From an uncultured Sulfolobales archaeon (GTDB lineage Archaea; Thermoproteota; Thermoprotei_A; Sulfolobales; Acidilobaceae): DNA of 64,000 nt. The translations under genes and the position numbers were made by a program. The notes beneath the pieces were generated by a model. That model saw nothing but the letters and a program-made list of their open reading frames with translations. It ran no database searches and was not told the DNA's origin. The stretch lies in assembly GCA_937921695.1 (NCBI GenBank), contig CAKZTZ010000007.1:49719-113718 (forward strand). The letters are read 5' to 3'. Shown piece by piece: positions 9,247-19,932 of the stretch; the first letter of the stretch is position 1, and the number at the start of each line of letters is the position of its first letter.

Positions 9247-10278
9247 CTATGAGCCTTCTATAAGCTTCTTACCAGTGAGCCTGGCAAGTTCAAGAGACTC
9301 CTCATAGAAACCTTTAAGCGTTCTCGCAGCTTCATCCATACTCTTCTCCTGCTCGTCGTAAACGCTTTTCAAAGTGTCTAATACTATTTTCTTTGCAAGC
9401 AGCTTCATCAATAGTTTCCTCCTCTTAGCCATTCTAGCGGTTTTATCCCCGGAGCCTATCAAATATTCTAAGTGTTTATCCACCACGTCAACCAAATCCC
9501 TTATCCCCATGCCTAGGACAGCGCTAGTCTTAACCACCAGAGGCTTCCAAGCGCCCCCCCTCCCTATATCGCCCCTCTCAGCTACAAACGACATGTACTC
9601 GTATGTTTTAGAAGCTTCAGGCTTATCACTCTTATTAACCACATAAATATCGCCTATCTCTAGGACCCCGGCCTTCAAAGCCTGAACATCATCCCCGGCG
9701 CCGGGCATAGTAACCACTATTATAGTATCAGCAGCATCCATAACAGCGGTCTCATCCTGGCCCACACCCACAGTCTCAACTATGATCTTATCATAGCCTA
9801 GAGAGTCGAAAGCCTCAATCATCGCTAGAGCGGCTAGGCTAAGCCCCCCCTCAAAGCCCGCCGTAGAGACGCTCCTTATAAACACTCCAGGATCAGTAGC
9901 ATGGTCTTGCATCCTCAACCTATCGCCTAGAAGGGCTCCCGAGCTTAAAGGACTAGTAGGGTCAATAGCTATAACTGCAACCCTATAACCCTTATCCCTA
10001 AAAGCTTTAATAAGCCTAGATATAAGACTACTCTTCCCAGACCCGGGTATCCCAGTAATCCCTATAACCTGAGCCCTACCACTACTATTAGAGGCCAAAT
10101 ACTCTACCATCCAAGCATTACTCCCACTCAAATCCTCAAGTAACGTTAAAATCCTACCCAAAGCCCTCCTATCCCCGTTCTTCGCCCTCTCCACAAGACT
10201 CAGAAAGCCGCTCTCCTCCAACAACGCGCCCCCCAGAGCTTTGAAGCCCAGAAGCTTTAAAAACTCCTTCACTCTCAT
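9247..10278 (-). CDS. meaB: Methylmalonyl-CoA mutase-associated G-protein chaperone MeaB/ArgK
   Basis: P-loop GITGIPGSGKSSLISRL, ETVGVGQDE and VVNKSDK (NKxD). Mutase genes are nearby. Confidence 0.9.
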   Translation of the reverse strand: MRVKEFLKLLGFKALGGALLEESGFLSLVERAKNGDRRALGRILTLLEDLSGSNAWMVEYLASNSSGRAQVIGITGIPGSGKSSLISRLIKAFRDKGYRVAVIAIDPTSPLSSGALLGDRLRMQDHATDPGVFIRSVSTAGFEGGLSLAALAMIEAFDSLGYDKIIVETVGVGQDETAVMDAADTIIVVTMPGAGDDVQALKAGVLEIGDIYVVNKSDKPEASKTYEYMSFVAERGDIGRGGAWKPLVVKTSAVLGMGIRDLVDVVDKHLEYLIGSGDKTARMAKRRKLLMKLLAKKIVLDTLKSVYDEQEKSMDEAARTLKGFYEESLELARLTGKKLIEGS

Positions 10279-10282
10279 AAAC

Positions 10283-10756
10283 TCACTTTAAAACCTTCCC
10301 ACGGCGCAAAGGGGGATCAACAACCTCCCACGGCTCAATCTCCCCTTCTACGACGACGAACATGGGATGGGGATTGAACATCTTAACTCCCTTGAACCTA
10401 TCATATCTCTCCAGGTCCCTTCTACGCAGTTTCTCGAGGAGATGCGCTGTCTCATACTCCAGTTGCCCGGTAGTCACTGTTATCGTGATGGGAGTAGAAT
10501 AGGGGCTCAGCTTGCCCCTATCAAACCTGTAACCCCTCATTTCAGCCTCAATGTAGACCGCCTCCAGGTACCGGTTTATCGCATCCAAGGGAGATGCAGA
10601 CCTTTTAAACCTCTCCAGCTGCGGGTGATTCTTATAGCCCCTCGTTCCCCCCATAAGGACTTTCCTCGCCAAGAGAGCCTCGCGCCATAATGCGACTAAA
10701 CCCTTAGCATCCAGGTACATGGGGTGAATAGACCAGAGCCTCACGCCCAACCCCAC
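10283..10756 (-). CDS. Pyrimidine-dimer DNA glycosylase (T4 endonuclease V-like, Pyr_excise family) protein
   Basis: The N-terminus RLWSIHPMYLDAKGLVALWREALLARKVL...GYKNHPQLERFK matches the conserved start of this family. Confidence 0.7.
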   Translation of the reverse strand: MGLGVRLWSIHPMYLDAKGLVALWREALLARKVLMGGTRGYKNHPQLERFKRSASPLDAINRYLEAVYIEAEMRGYRFDRGKLSPYSTPITITVTTGQLEYETAHLLEKLRRRDLERYDRFKGVKMFNPHPMFVVVEGEIEPWEVVDPPLRRGKVLK

Positions 10757-11244
10757 TATATTCCCTGTTAAACTCGCGTAAAACTTATAATAATATTTTT
10801 AGAGCTGCCTCCAGAGCCTAGCATCATAAGGATGAGAGTCAAAAATACTTATAGCATCGGGCTCCGTGACGAGTCTCGCCTAACCCTCCCAGTAAGGTAG
10901 AGAAGCCTGGTTTTCAAATACTCTAACATTCTCTTTAAAATTTGTCAGACCCTCAATGAAAGCCAGGTTGTTTAAGACTAGAGTAAAAATTCCGCGTTTC
11001 GCCAGCATGGTTGTTTAGGGCTGCTTAAGAGCATATAATGCGAACTATGATTATTCAGAGTCATACTAGGGCTTTCACGCTATGCTTCTATGATTGACTG
11101 TTGAAAGCGGCATAAGACGACCCCCATGGTGTTCGCCTATGGAGCCCCCGGTTGACTGGAGAAGCCGAGCCCAATAACCATGGGGAAGAGCTTAAAACAC
11201 CAGTGACATTAAGTTTCGGCGACCAAGGCTCTAATAAGTGGAAC

Positions 11245-11694
11245 TTAGATTTGTTTGAGTTTGGTTTTCTCCGAGGCTATGTTTTCTAGTTTTTCTATGA
11301 TTTCTTTTAGTGGGGTTCCGGGTAGGAAGAATTCCCTTATGCCTATGGTTTTTAGAGTTTCTATGTCGATGAGTGGTATGCTTCCTCCCATGACTACTGG
11401 TATGTCTTCTGCTCCTTGTTCTCTGAGTTTTTCTAGGAGTTTTCTGGCTACGTATATGTGTGAGCCTTCGTGATGACTTACCCCTATTATGTCCACGTCT
11501 TCCTGGACTGCTGCCGCTACTACCTGGTCTACTGTTTGCCTGAGCCCTGTGTATATGACTTCGAAACCGGCGTCTCTCAATGCTCTGGCTATGACCTTGG
11601 CTCCTCTATCGTGGCCGTCTAAGCCTATTTTGGCTACTAGTACTTTGATCTTCTTCTTAGTAGTGTGGGGGCTCGGAGTATGTGCCGTAGACAT
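11245..11694 (-). CDS. Methylmalonyl-CoA mutase, cobalamin-binding small subunit
   Basis: B12-binding DxHxxG motif in [18 protein letters not shown], 149 aa. It overlaps the catalytic-subunit gene by 38 nt. Confidence 0.9.
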   Translation of the reverse strand: MSTAHTPSPHTTKKKIKVLVAKIGLDGHDRGAKVIARALRDAGFEVIYTGLRQTVDQVVAAAVQEDVDIIGVSHHEGSHIYVARKLLEKLREQGAEDIPVVMGGSIPLIDIETLKTIGIREFFLPGTPLKEIIEKLENIASEKTKLKQI

Positions 11695-13357
11695 TTTTCA
11701 AAACCCCCATTATTTCTCCTAGTGTAGCGTAGGCTTTCACAGCGTTGAGGACGTAGGGCACTATGTTCTCCCCCCTCTCCGCTGCTTTCTCGAGTTCTCC
11801 TAGGGTCCTCCTCCACTTGGCTTCATCCCTCATAGACCTTACTTTCCTAACTCTCTCTTTCTGCCTCTTCTCTATTTCCTCCTGGTTGAATTCTAGGAGG
11901 GGTACTCGCCTGATCTCTTCAATCTCCTCTTCTTGGAAAATATTGACCCCCACTATTAGCCTCTTACCCTCCTCTACCTCCTTCTGGAACCTGTATGAGG
12001 CTTCCTCTACCTCCCTCTGGGGATAGCCTTTCTTAACAGCTTCCAGCATTCCCCCCATTTTCTCAATCCTCTCTATATACCTCCAAGCCCTCTCCTCCAT
12101 CTCATCTGTAAGCCACTCAACGAAATAACTCCCAGCCAGGGGGTCTATAACGTCGGCTACACCAGCCTCATAGGCTATTATCTGTTGAGTCCTCAAAGCT
12201 ATCTTAGCGGCGAACTCGCTCGGCACCCTGAAAGGCTCGTCGAAAGAGTTTGTGTGGAGACTCTGGCACCCTCCAAGGACTGCTGCTAAAGCCTCTATAG
12301 CAGTCCTAACAATGTTGATCCACGGCTGCTGGGGATACAAGGAGCACCCTGCTGTTTGAACGTGGAAGCGGAGCCACATACTCCTAGGGTTCCTGGCTCC
12401 AAACCAATCCTTCATTATTTTAGCCCACATCCTCCTAGCAGCTCTAAACTTAGCTATCTCCTCGAAGAAGTTTATGTGGGAGTCGAAGAAGAAGCTAAGC
12501 CTTGGGGCGAACTCGTCAACATCCATCCCCCGGGCTATTAGCTGCCTCACATACTCTATCCCATCCGCTAGTGTGAAAGCAAGCTCTTGGACTGCAGTAG
12601 CTCCAGCTTCCCTAATATGGTAGCCGCTTATACTTATAGGGTTCCATTTAGGCAAGTTTTTAACACTCCACTCTACAACATCCATGGCTACCTTAACAGC
12701 AGCCTCCGGGGGGAATACGTAGGTTTTCTGGGCTATAAACTCTTTAAGCGCATCATTCTGGGTCGTACCCCCGATCATATCGTAAGATACGCCCTGTTTC
12801 TCCGCTACAGCTACATAGAAAGAGAGGAGGACTGGTGCGGGCGGGTTTATAGTCATGTTAGTGGTGACTTCACCCATATTTATATCCCTAAAGACAACCT
12901 CCATGTCAACTATCGTGGGCACACTAACCCCCACAATACCAACCTCCCCCTCAGCTAGAGGGTCGTCGGGGTCTACACCTACTAGTGTAGGGTTGTCGAA
13001 TGCTAGGCTTAGTCCTGTCTCCCCAGCTTTTATAAGCATTTTAAGCCTTTCATTAGTCTCCTCGGGGCCCCCGTAGCCGCTGAACATCCTCATAGTCCAT
13101 AGTCTAGCCCTGTACATTGTAGCGTGTATTCCCCGAGTGAACGGGTATGTTCCGGGGAAGCCTAGCTTCTCCATATAGTCGAAGTCTTTCAAGTCTTCAG
13201 GAGTATATATGGGCTTGAGGACTATATTGCTCAAGGTTGTGAACTCTTCCCGTCTCTCAGGCATTCTTGAGAGCCATTGGGGTAGAACATTGCTCTCCCA
13301 TTCTGAGCGTTTCTTCACTATCTCTTCTAAAGCTTCCTTAGAGTAGAGTTTAACCAT
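11657..13357 (-). CDS. Methylmalonyl-CoA mutase, catalytic large subunit
   Basis: 566 aa with [26 protein letters not shown] and [18 protein letters not shown], typical of mutase TIM-barrel subunits. Confidence 0.9.
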   Translation of the reverse strand: MVKLYSKEALEEIVKKRSEWESNVLPQWLSRMPERREEFTTLSNIVLKPIYTPEDLKDFDYMEKLGFPGTYPFTRGIHATMYRARLWTMRMFSGYGGPEETNERLKMLIKAGETGLSLAFDNPTLVGVDPDDPLAEGEVGIVGVSVPTIVDMEVVFRDINMGEVTTNMTINPPAPVLLSFYVAVAEKQGVSYDMIGGTTQNDALKEFIAQKTYVFPPEAAVKVAMDVVEWSVKNLPKWNPISISGYHIREAGATAVQELAFTLADGIEYVRQLIARGMDVDEFAPRLSFFFDSHINFFEEIAKFRAARRMWAKIMKDWFGARNPRSMWLRFHVQTAGCSLYPQQPWINIVRTAIEALAAVLGGCQSLHTNSFDEPFRVPSEFAAKIALRTQQIIAYEAGVADVIDPLAGSYFVEWLTDEMEERAWRYIERIEKMGGMLEAVKKGYPQREVEEASYRFQKEVEEGKRLIVGVNIFQEEEIEEIRRVPLLEFNQEEIEKRQKERVRKVRSMRDEAKWRRTLGELEKAAERGENIVPYVLNAVKAYATLGEIMGVLKNVYGTYSEPPHY

Positions 13358-13558
13358 CCCCTCTCACGCCTTGATTATTAAGGTTAAGCTGGAACTTTAT
13401 ATTTCTTTTAACGGGTTTATGTTTGGATACCGTGTCCAAAGATAAGGGTTAAAAGAACAGCAAGAAACAAGCCATAACTGAGGTGGCTTACAACGGTAAA
13501 ACTCTACGCAGAACCTCTTGATAAGCATGTTGAAGTCCCAGACTACCCTCAGAGAATA

Positions 13559-14350
13559 GTGAGCCTATCGCCCGCGATAACTGAAACCCTATACATGCTA
13601 GGCTTATCAGATAGGATAGCTGGTGTAAGCTTATACTGCAACAAGCCCCCTGAAGCCAAGTCTAAGCCTAGGGTTGGAAGCTACTGGAAAGTCCTCTACA
13701 GTAAACTCGAGCCCCTAAACCCGGACCTTATCCTCGTGACCACTGGAGCCCAACTTGCTGTCTTAAGGGAGCTACTCGATAAAGGCTACACAGTATACCC
13801 TATATCGCTTCCAGTAACCCTCTATGGGATCCTGGACCAGATAATTAAAGTTGGGATAGTGGTGGGCGAGGCTGACAAGGCTAGGAGTCTCTCCTATAGT
13901 CTAGGGGAAGAGTTAGAGGCTTTGAAGGGGGTTCTAGAAGGTTTAAGAGTACACATTGAGATAGACCTGGGAGGCCCCGTGGCCCCAGGGGCTGTAACTT
14001 ACTTGGCTGATGCTTTCAAATACATGGGCGCCTCTACAACCTTCGATAGTGTGAGGGTTCATGAAAGGATTATAGATGGTAAGAGCGTGGCTGACGCCTG
14101 GATCATAGACCCAGACCCTAAGATTATCAAGGATTTCAACCCTGACGTTTACATATACGAGATCCCTTATGGTGGCCGGGCTAGCTTTGAATGGGTTTTC
14201 GAGAAGCTTAAAAGTAGGGGGCTTGAAGGCTTAGAGGCTGTTAGGAGGGGGAGGCTTCTGGTCTTAGAGCCAGATAGCCTAGCTCACTATGGCCCCTCCC
14301 TAATCCCGACCTTAGCTGGCCTCGTTGCTAAGATTAAAGCCTTGTTCTAA
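13559..14350 (+). CDS. BtuF/FhuD-like (class III periplasmic-binding-protein fold) cobalamin/siderophore-binding protein homolog lacking a signal peptide
   Basis: (R)IVSLSPAITETLYMLGLSDRIAGVS is the typical first strand-helix of this fold. The reading frame is open upstream to 13478 (..VKLYAEPLDKHVEVPDYPQRIV) with no ATG, GTG or TTG in frame, so the true start is uncertain. Confidence 0.6.
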   Translation: MSLSPAITETLYMLGLSDRIAGVSLYCNKPPEAKSKPRVGSYWKVLYSKLEPLNPDLILVTTGAQLAVLRELLDKGYTVYPISLPVTLYGILDQIIKVGIVVGEADKARSLSYSLGEELEALKGVLEGLRVHIEIDLGGPVAPGAVTYLADAFKYMGASTTFDSVRVHERIIDGKSVADAWIIDPDPKIIKDFNPDVYIYEIPYGGRASFEWVFEKLKSRGLEGLEAVRRGRLLVLEPDSLAHYGPSLIPTLAGLVAKIKALF

Positions 14351-15446
14351 CCCTCTAGTATTGGGGGGTTCAAGAGCTATTGACACTAGGGTTTTCAAAG
14401 TCGACCCTGTCAGGCCTGAGAGGGAGATAGTAGAGTATGCAGCTGGAGTCATAAGAGCGGGGGGTCTCGTAGCTTTCCCCACAGAGACTGTCTATGGTTT
14501 AGGGGCTGACGCTTTCAATGCAAGCTCTGTCGCCAGGATATATGAGGTTAAAGGTAGGCCTTTAGATAATCCTGTTATTGTCCACATATCAGACTTCAAC
14601 CAGCTGGACATGGTAGCCTCCAGGGTCCCGGAAGAGGCTTACAAGCTTGCCGAGAAACTCTGGCCAGGACCCCTCACGCTCCTACTACCTAGGAGCTTAA
14701 AAGTGCCCAGAGAGGTGACTGCAGGGCTTGAAACAGTGGCTGTTAGGATGCCGGCACACCCTGTAGCCCTCGAGCTGATTAAGGTCTCGAAAACCCCCAT
14801 AGCGGCGCCAAGCGCCAACATATCTGGGAAACCTAGCCCTACGAGGGGAGACCATGTAGTTAGAGACTTATACTCCAAAGTTGAAGTGATACTAGATGGG
14901 GGGGAGACTCTTTACGGTGTCGAATCCACTATAATAAATATTCTGACAGACCCCCCGAAACTCCTTAGGCCAGGGGCTTACCCCGTTGAGGTTATAGAGG
15001 AGATCCTTGGGAGGAGAATAGAAGTTCCAGATTTCGCTAGAGGGCTTGGGGAGGCGCCTCAAGCCCTGGCTCCCGGGATGAAGCACAGGCATTACGCTCC
15101 AAACACTGAGTTAATCCTAGTAGAGTCTATAAAGGGGGATATCGACGCTGTTAGGGGGGCTGTGGCTAGAGAGGCTGAAAAACTGGCTAGAGAAGGGTTG
15201 AAGGTTGCAATAATATCGTTCAAGGAGCACTCAAGCTTCTATGAGGGTGTTAAAGCTCAAATACTGGAGCTAGGGTCTCGGGGGAACATGTTCGAGATAG
15301 CTAGGAACTTGTTCCACACGTTGAGGGTCCTAGATATGTTAAACGTGGACGTAGCCATAGTTGAGTGTGTTGAAGAGAGGGGGTTAGGGCTTGCTATTAT
15401 GAACAGGCTGAGGAAAGCTTCATCAAAGAGGATTGCTCTACCCTGA
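14325..15446 (+). CDS. sua5: L-threonylcarbamoyladenylate synthase Sua5 (YrdC domain plus Sua5 C-terminal domain)
   Basis: FPTETVYGLGADAFN and APSANISGKPSPT. An alternative TTG start at 14361 avoids overlap with the upstream gene. Confidence 0.85.
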   Translation: MLRLKPCSNPLVLGGSRAIDTRVFKVDPVRPEREIVEYAAGVIRAGGLVAFPTETVYGLGADAFNASSVARIYEVKGRPLDNPVIVHISDFNQLDMVASRVPEEAYKLAEKLWPGPLTLLLPRSLKVPREVTAGLETVAVRMPAHPVALELIKVSKTPIAAPSANISGKPSPTRGDHVVRDLYSKVEVILDGGETLYGVESTIINILTDPPKLLRPGAYPVEVIEEILGRRIEVPDFARGLGEAPQALAPGMKHRHYAPNTELILVESIKGDIDAVRGAVAREAEKLAREGLKVAIISFKEHSSFYEGVKAQILELGSRGNMFEIARNLFHTLRVLDMLNVDVAIVECVEERGLGLAIMNRLRKASSKRIALP

Positions 15447-15450
15447 ACTC

Positions 15451-16593
15451 CTACTTAGGCCTTATTCTGCCTAGTAGGCTCCTGACTATAACCATTCTCT
15501 GAATCTCGTTAGTCCCATCGCCTATCTCAACCATTTTTATATCCCTGTAAAGCCTCTCAACTATACTCTCCTTGCTATAACCTATCCCACCCATAACCTG
15601 CATTGCCATCCTCACGAGATCCACCCCCCTCGAGGCTACATAGAGTTTAGCCATGCTAGCATACCTTATATAGTCCGGGTGGCCCTCATCAGCTTTCCTA
15701 GCAGCCTCATAAAGTAACAGCTTAGAGGTTTCCAGGAGTACTGCCATCTCAGATATCAAGTACTGGACCATTTGATGCTCTATTATAGGGACGTCCATAC
15801 TAGTCCTCTGTTTAGAGTATTCGAAAGCTTCCTCGAAAGCTGCCTGCATTATACCGAGGGCTGTTGCGGAAGTAGTTATCCTACCCTCGTTCAAGGTCAT
15901 CATGGCTATTTTGAAGCCCCCACCCAACTCCCCAATCAGATTCTCCCTTGGAACCCTACAATCCTCAAACTTAACCTCAGAAGTCCCACTACCTCTATAA
16001 CCTAGCATCTCAAGTTTTGAGATTTTAACACAAGGCTCCCTATCAACTACTAGGAGCGATATCCCCCTATGACGGTCTTCGGGCCTCCCAGTTCTAACAG
16101 CTACAATGAAGAAGTCAGCGTAGGGAGCGTTTGTTATGTATGTTTTAGTCCCGTTAACTAGGAACTCGCCCCCATCAAGCTCGGCCCTAGTCGTTATAGC
16201 TGCTGCGTCACTACCGCAGCAAGGCTCTGTGAGGGCGAACGCTCCAATACCCCCTTTAGCAAGCAATGATAAGTATTTCTCCTTAAGCTCTATGCTGCCA
16301 TAGGTAGCTATAGGGTAAGGTACCATGGAGCCGCTCACTGTAGCCATAATCCCTACAGCGCTGCTAACTCTAGAGAGCTCCTCAATAGCCACAACACTCT
16401 CCAGGACGCTGAGACCGGGGCCCCCATAATCCTCCGGGACTCTAAGGGCGAAATACCCCATGCTAGCAACATCTTTAAGAACATCCTCTGGGACCCTGTT
16501 CGACTCATCTATAACCTTAGCTACACCCTTCAACCTCTTCTCGGCAAACTCCCTAACGCTACTCCTCAAAACTCCAACGTTGGGAGCCTCCAA
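15451..16593 (-). CDS. Acyl-CoA dehydrogenase
   Basis: 380 aa with LTEPCCGSDAAAITTRA and a C-terminal EIGDGTNEIQRMVI. Confidence 0.9.
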   Translation of the reverse strand: MEAPNVGVLRSSVREFAEKRLKGVAKVIDESNRVPEDVLKDVASMGYFALRVPEDYGGPGLSVLESVVAIEELSRVSSAVGIMATVSGSMVPYPIATYGSIELKEKYLSLLAKGGIGAFALTEPCCGSDAAAITTRAELDGGEFLVNGTKTYITNAPYADFFIVAVRTGRPEDRHRGISLLVVDREPCVKISKLEMLGYRGSGTSEVKFEDCRVPRENLIGELGGGFKIAMMTLNEGRITTSATALGIMQAAFEEAFEYSKQRTSMDVPIIEHQMVQYLISEMAVLLETSKLLLYEAARKADEGHPDYIRYASMAKLYVASRGVDLVRMAMQVMGGIGYSKESIVERLYRDIKMVEIGDGTNEIQRMVIVRSLLGRIRPK

Positions 16594-16758
16594 CTGGAAT
16601 CGCCGAGGTAATTAAGGTTATTAGAGGTTAAAAGAAAGCATCTTAATAGTTGGAACTTGAAAACCTATTTTTATATGCTAAAACAGTTGGTTTTATATTT
16701 TATGAAATATAATAAATGCTAATGGTTAAAGGCTTAAAGCTAACATTTTATAAAATGG

Positions 16759-17946
16759 GTGCTAAGTGATCCTATGATTCTCACGGCTAGTAGGAGATGG
16801 TGGGCTAAGAACGCGTTATACGTTTACGCTATAGTTTTAGGGCTGGCCTCCGGCCTCATGACATATGTGCTCTACTTTTTTGGCGGCAGAGGTAGCTTTT
16901 GGGGGATAACCACTGGTGAGTCTAAGATTGGAGGGTTGGCGTGGAGCTATTTCATTGACCCGGGCATAGCGAATACTTATTATCATCAGGTTTTCAAGCT
17001 AGTTAACCCGTTATCCGACCCTACGCAAATGATCGTTATTGGAATACTTTTGGGAGGACTTTTAGCCTCCCTAGCTTTAGGCGAGTTTACGATAAGACAT
17101 TTTCCCAACTCCTGGATGGCTGTTCAAGCCCTTATAGGGGGCTTTCTACTAGGCTACGGGGCTAGAATGGCTCTAGGTTGCAACATAGGCAATTACTTGT
17201 CAGCATGGTCTTCAGCGGGTGTGAACGCTGTAGCCTTCACTGCTGGAATAATACCTGGAGTGTGGGTTGGAACTCTCATAGTTGAAAGGTTTTTCCTCCT
17301 CAAAGCTAGGCCTTTGAGGTTCACGGTTATAATACCTGTTTGGGCTCAACGCTTTCTCCTCATTTTAGCCCTCATACTCGTAGCGTTACTCTTCTATTAC
17401 GGTATGGGGGTTGCGGTCAAGATATGGCTTGTGTTTGGCGTGGTTTTCGGGTTCATAGGTTATCTTTCTAAAATATGCTGGGCTACGGGGTTCAGGGAAA
17501 TTACTAACCCCTTGTATGGTGGAGGTAGAATGCTATTAGCTACCGCCCTAGCTATATTATTATACACTCTTTCAACATGGCCTCTGGTAGCCTCGGGGGC
17601 TCCAGTCTCTCTGGCCTTAGCAGGGGGAGTTGGAGTATTACAGGTATTCCTGGGAGGCATCTTATTTGGCGCTGGCATGGGGGTTGCTGGTGCATGCATC
17701 TTTAGTAGTGAGTGGAGGGCTGCTAGTGGTAGCGTCTACTCTATGATAGTCCTCTTCTCAACTATATTCATAGGAATGCCTGTGCTAGCATATCACTATG
17801 AGTTCTACGTTAAAACAATCCTTCAGCCCCTAGCAGGGCTCAGCTTCTATCATTTGATTGGGCCTTTAGGGGTTTTAGTCCCCTTAGCTTACGTTTTAGC
17901 CTTAATAGTTCTAGTGAGGTTGAGGGTTGGGAGGTTTTTCCCATAG
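16759..17946 (+). CDS. YeeE/YedE-family sulfur (thiosulfate/selenium-related) transport membrane protein
   Basis: Polytopic membrane protein with the two family Cys motifs GARMALGCNIGN and GVAGACIFSSEW. Confidence 0.7.
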   Translation: MLSDPMILTASRRWWAKNALYVYAIVLGLASGLMTYVLYFFGGRGSFWGITTGESKIGGLAWSYFIDPGIANTYYHQVFKLVNPLSDPTQMIVIGILLGGLLASLALGEFTIRHFPNSWMAVQALIGGFLLGYGARMALGCNIGNYLSAWSSAGVNAVAFTAGIIPGVWVGTLIVERFFLLKARPLRFTVIIPVWAQRFLLILALILVALLFYYGMGVAVKIWLVFGVVFGFIGYLSKICWATGFREITNPLYGGGRMLLATALAILLYTLSTWPLVASGAPVSLALAGGVGVLQVFLGGILFGAGMGVAGACIFSSEWRAASGSVYSMIVLFSTIFIGMPVLAYHYEFYVKTILQPLAGLSFYHLIGPLGVLVPLAYVLALIVLVRLRVGRFFP

Positions 17947-18939
17947 CTTCATAAGCTCGTCTTCCACATAGGGCTCCTCATATCTTTCTCTAGCCCCACT
18001 CTTCCTATGGAGCTCTACTAGGTATCCTTCGTAGCTTTTAACCCTACCTATCACTGTAGCCTTCACTCCTAGTTTTTCAAGTTTCTCAACGGCTTTTCCC
18101 GTTAGACCCTCTGGTATCGTAGCTACTAGGACCCCGGAGCTTATAAGCTTCACCGGATCTATGTCCATAGCTTTGCACAGTACTTTCGTCTCTTCAGATA
18201 CTGGTATTCTCTCCTCCCACACTTCTATAGTCTTCCTGGAGGCGTACGCTATTTCCGTCAACCCTCCTAGGAGGCCTCCCTCGGTAGGGTCGTGCATAGA
18301 GTTAGCCATTCTTTCCTCGGCTAGCATTAGCGCCTCTTTGACGACGCTTACTAGTTTAATATACTCGGAAGCTCTATTTATAACGTGTCTTGGGACTCCG
18401 CGGGTTTCAAGTTCTCCCCTGAAATCAGAGGCTAGTATACTAGTCCCTTCTATTCCAGCGGTTTTAGTCATTAAGACCATGTCTCCCGCCTTAGCTCCTC
18501 CAGTGACTACGAGCTTACTCTTTTCCACGAGCCCCAGAGTTGTCATGGAAACCATGGGCCTCTCTAAGCCCGGGGTATACTCCGTGTGCCCCCCCACGAT
18601 CATAGCTTCAAGCTCTCGAGCGGCCTCATCTATCTGGCCAGTAACCCTGTCTATGTCACTCTCAGAGAACCAGGGGGGCAAGTATAATGCTGGGAGGAGC
18701 CATCTAGGCTTAGCCCCCCTAACAGCTACATCGTTGCCCGATATGTGTACGGAAAGCCACCCTATGTTCTCCACAGCCCCCGTTATAGGGTCGACGTGAG
18801 CTACTAGGAGAGCATCTCCACCCAAATCTATTATAGCTGAATCCTCGCCCACAGCAGGCCCTACGAGGACGGAGGGGTCTCTAAAGCCTACTCTCGAAAA
18901 CACGTATTTAGCTAAGATCTCAACCCTCAACTTAACCAT
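17911..18939 (-). CDS. PurM-fold (AIR synthase-related; HypE/ThiL/SelD-like) ATP-dependent protein, specificity unknown
   Basis: VGEDSAIIDLGGDALLVAHVDPITG and GGHTEYTPG. It has no HypE C-terminal PRIC motif and no SelD N-terminal Cys motif. Confidence 0.6.
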   Translation of the reverse strand: MVKLRVEILAKYVFSRVGFRDPSVLVGPAVGEDSAIIDLGGDALLVAHVDPITGAVENIGWLSVHISGNDVAVRGAKPRWLLPALYLPPWFSESDIDRVTGQIDEAARELEAMIVGGHTEYTPGLERPMVSMTTLGLVEKSKLVVTGGAKAGDMVLMTKTAGIEGTSILASDFRGELETRGVPRHVINRASEYIKLVSVVKEALMLAEERMANSMHDPTEGGLLGGLTEIAYASRKTIEVWEERIPVSEETKVLCKAMDIDPVKLISSGVLVATIPEGLTGKAVEKLEKLGVKATVIGRVKSYEGYLVELHRKSGARERYEEPYVEDELMKLWEKPPNPQPH

Positions 18940-19014
18940 AAACCCTAACCCCTCAAAATGTTAGAGGATCCACTATTAAAAGCTCTTACCCATAAACTAT
19001 CCTGGTGAAAACTG

Positions 19015-19932
19015 TTGGAGGCAAGAAGCTACAGCCTTCTCAGGGACCCCCTAGATATTAGAATATCGCCTTCTCCCGAGGGTGAAATCGTTATACTTGG
19101 AGTTCCATGGGACTGGTCTACTGCGGGGAGGCCGGGGGCCCGTTTCGCCCCCGGCAAGGTTAGGAGCTGGATCTATAGGTTTACCGGGCACGCCCCGGGC
19201 TCGAGGGATTTCAAGTGTAGATTTAACGACCTAGGGGATGTTGAAGTAGCCCCTGGAGACTTAATAGTTACATCTCGCAGGATAGTTGATGCGGCCCGCC
19301 TAGCATATTCTAAAGGGGAGCTCGCTGTATTTCTAGGGGGAGACCACTCTATAACTAGGTGGCTCCTCGAGCCTCTAGCTTCAGAGCCTCTAGGCATACT
19401 AGTTTTAGATGCTCACTATGATTTGAGGAGTGTCAGCGAAGGCTATACTAGCGGCTCATGGCTCTGGGACTTACACTTGGCGCATAAGGGTAGCGTTTAC
19501 GCAGCCATAATAGGTGTCAGTGACTTCGCAAACCCTGAATACATGGCTTCTAGGGCTAGGGAGGCTGGGTTCACTGTTGTTCCAAGGTATAAGCTTATTG
19601 AGGATCTTGACGCTGCTTATGAAGCTGTCGACCGACTTAAAAGCCTGGGGGCTAGGAATTATTATGTCAGCTTAGATATAGACCATTTACATGCTAGCTA
19701 CGCTCCAGGCGTTAACTCTCTGAACCCTATGGGTATGACTCCATGGGAGAGCCTTAAAATATTAGAGTATGCGGGGAGAACCCTTAAGCCTGGAGGTTTA
19801 GACTTGGTGGAGCTCGTCCCGGAAGCTGATGTAGCCGATATAACAGCGTCTACAGCTTCTAAGCTTCTACTATACTCTATTAACAGTGTCCTGGGGGGTT
19901 GTGGGGGTGAAAGCAGACCTTATAATATATAA
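19015..19932 (+). CDS. hutG: Ureohydrolase-family enzyme, formiminoglutamase (HutG)-like / agmatinase-like
   Basis: Mn ligand motifs GGDHSIT, LDAHYDLR and SLDIDHL. The HutG call rests on the adjacent hutI. Confidence 0.65.
   Translation: MEARSYSLLRDPLDIRISPSPEGEIVILGVPWDWSTAGRPGARFAPGKVRSWIYRFTGHAPGSRDFKCRFNDLGDVEVAPGDLIVTSRRIVDAARLAYSKGELAVFLGGDHSITRWLLEPLASEPLGILVLDAHYDLRSVSEGYTSGSWLWDLHLAHKGSVYAAIIGVSDFANPEYMASRAREAGFTVVPRYKLIEDLDAAYEAVDRLKSLGARNYYVSLDIDHLHASYAPGVNSLNPMGMTPWESLKILEYAGRTLKPGGLDLVELVPEADVADITASTASKLLLYSINSVLGGCGGESRPYNI

Noticed and set aside
10757-11244. Cobalamin riboswitch or other leader RNA for the B12 mutase neighbourhood
   Set aside because: The gap lies downstream of the mutase genes rather than in a 5' leader. 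I recognised no conserved B12-box-like sequence, and riboswitches of this class are not expected in crenarchaea.
18161-18799. 212-aa plus-strand ORF, and similar large antisense ORFs elsewhere (21495..22109, 23771..24235, 32194..32658, 40616..41119, 42955..43416, 51150..51821)
   Set aside because: Each is fully nested antisense to a gene with strong family motifs. The translations are Ser/Leu/Pro/Thr-rich with no recognisable domains.
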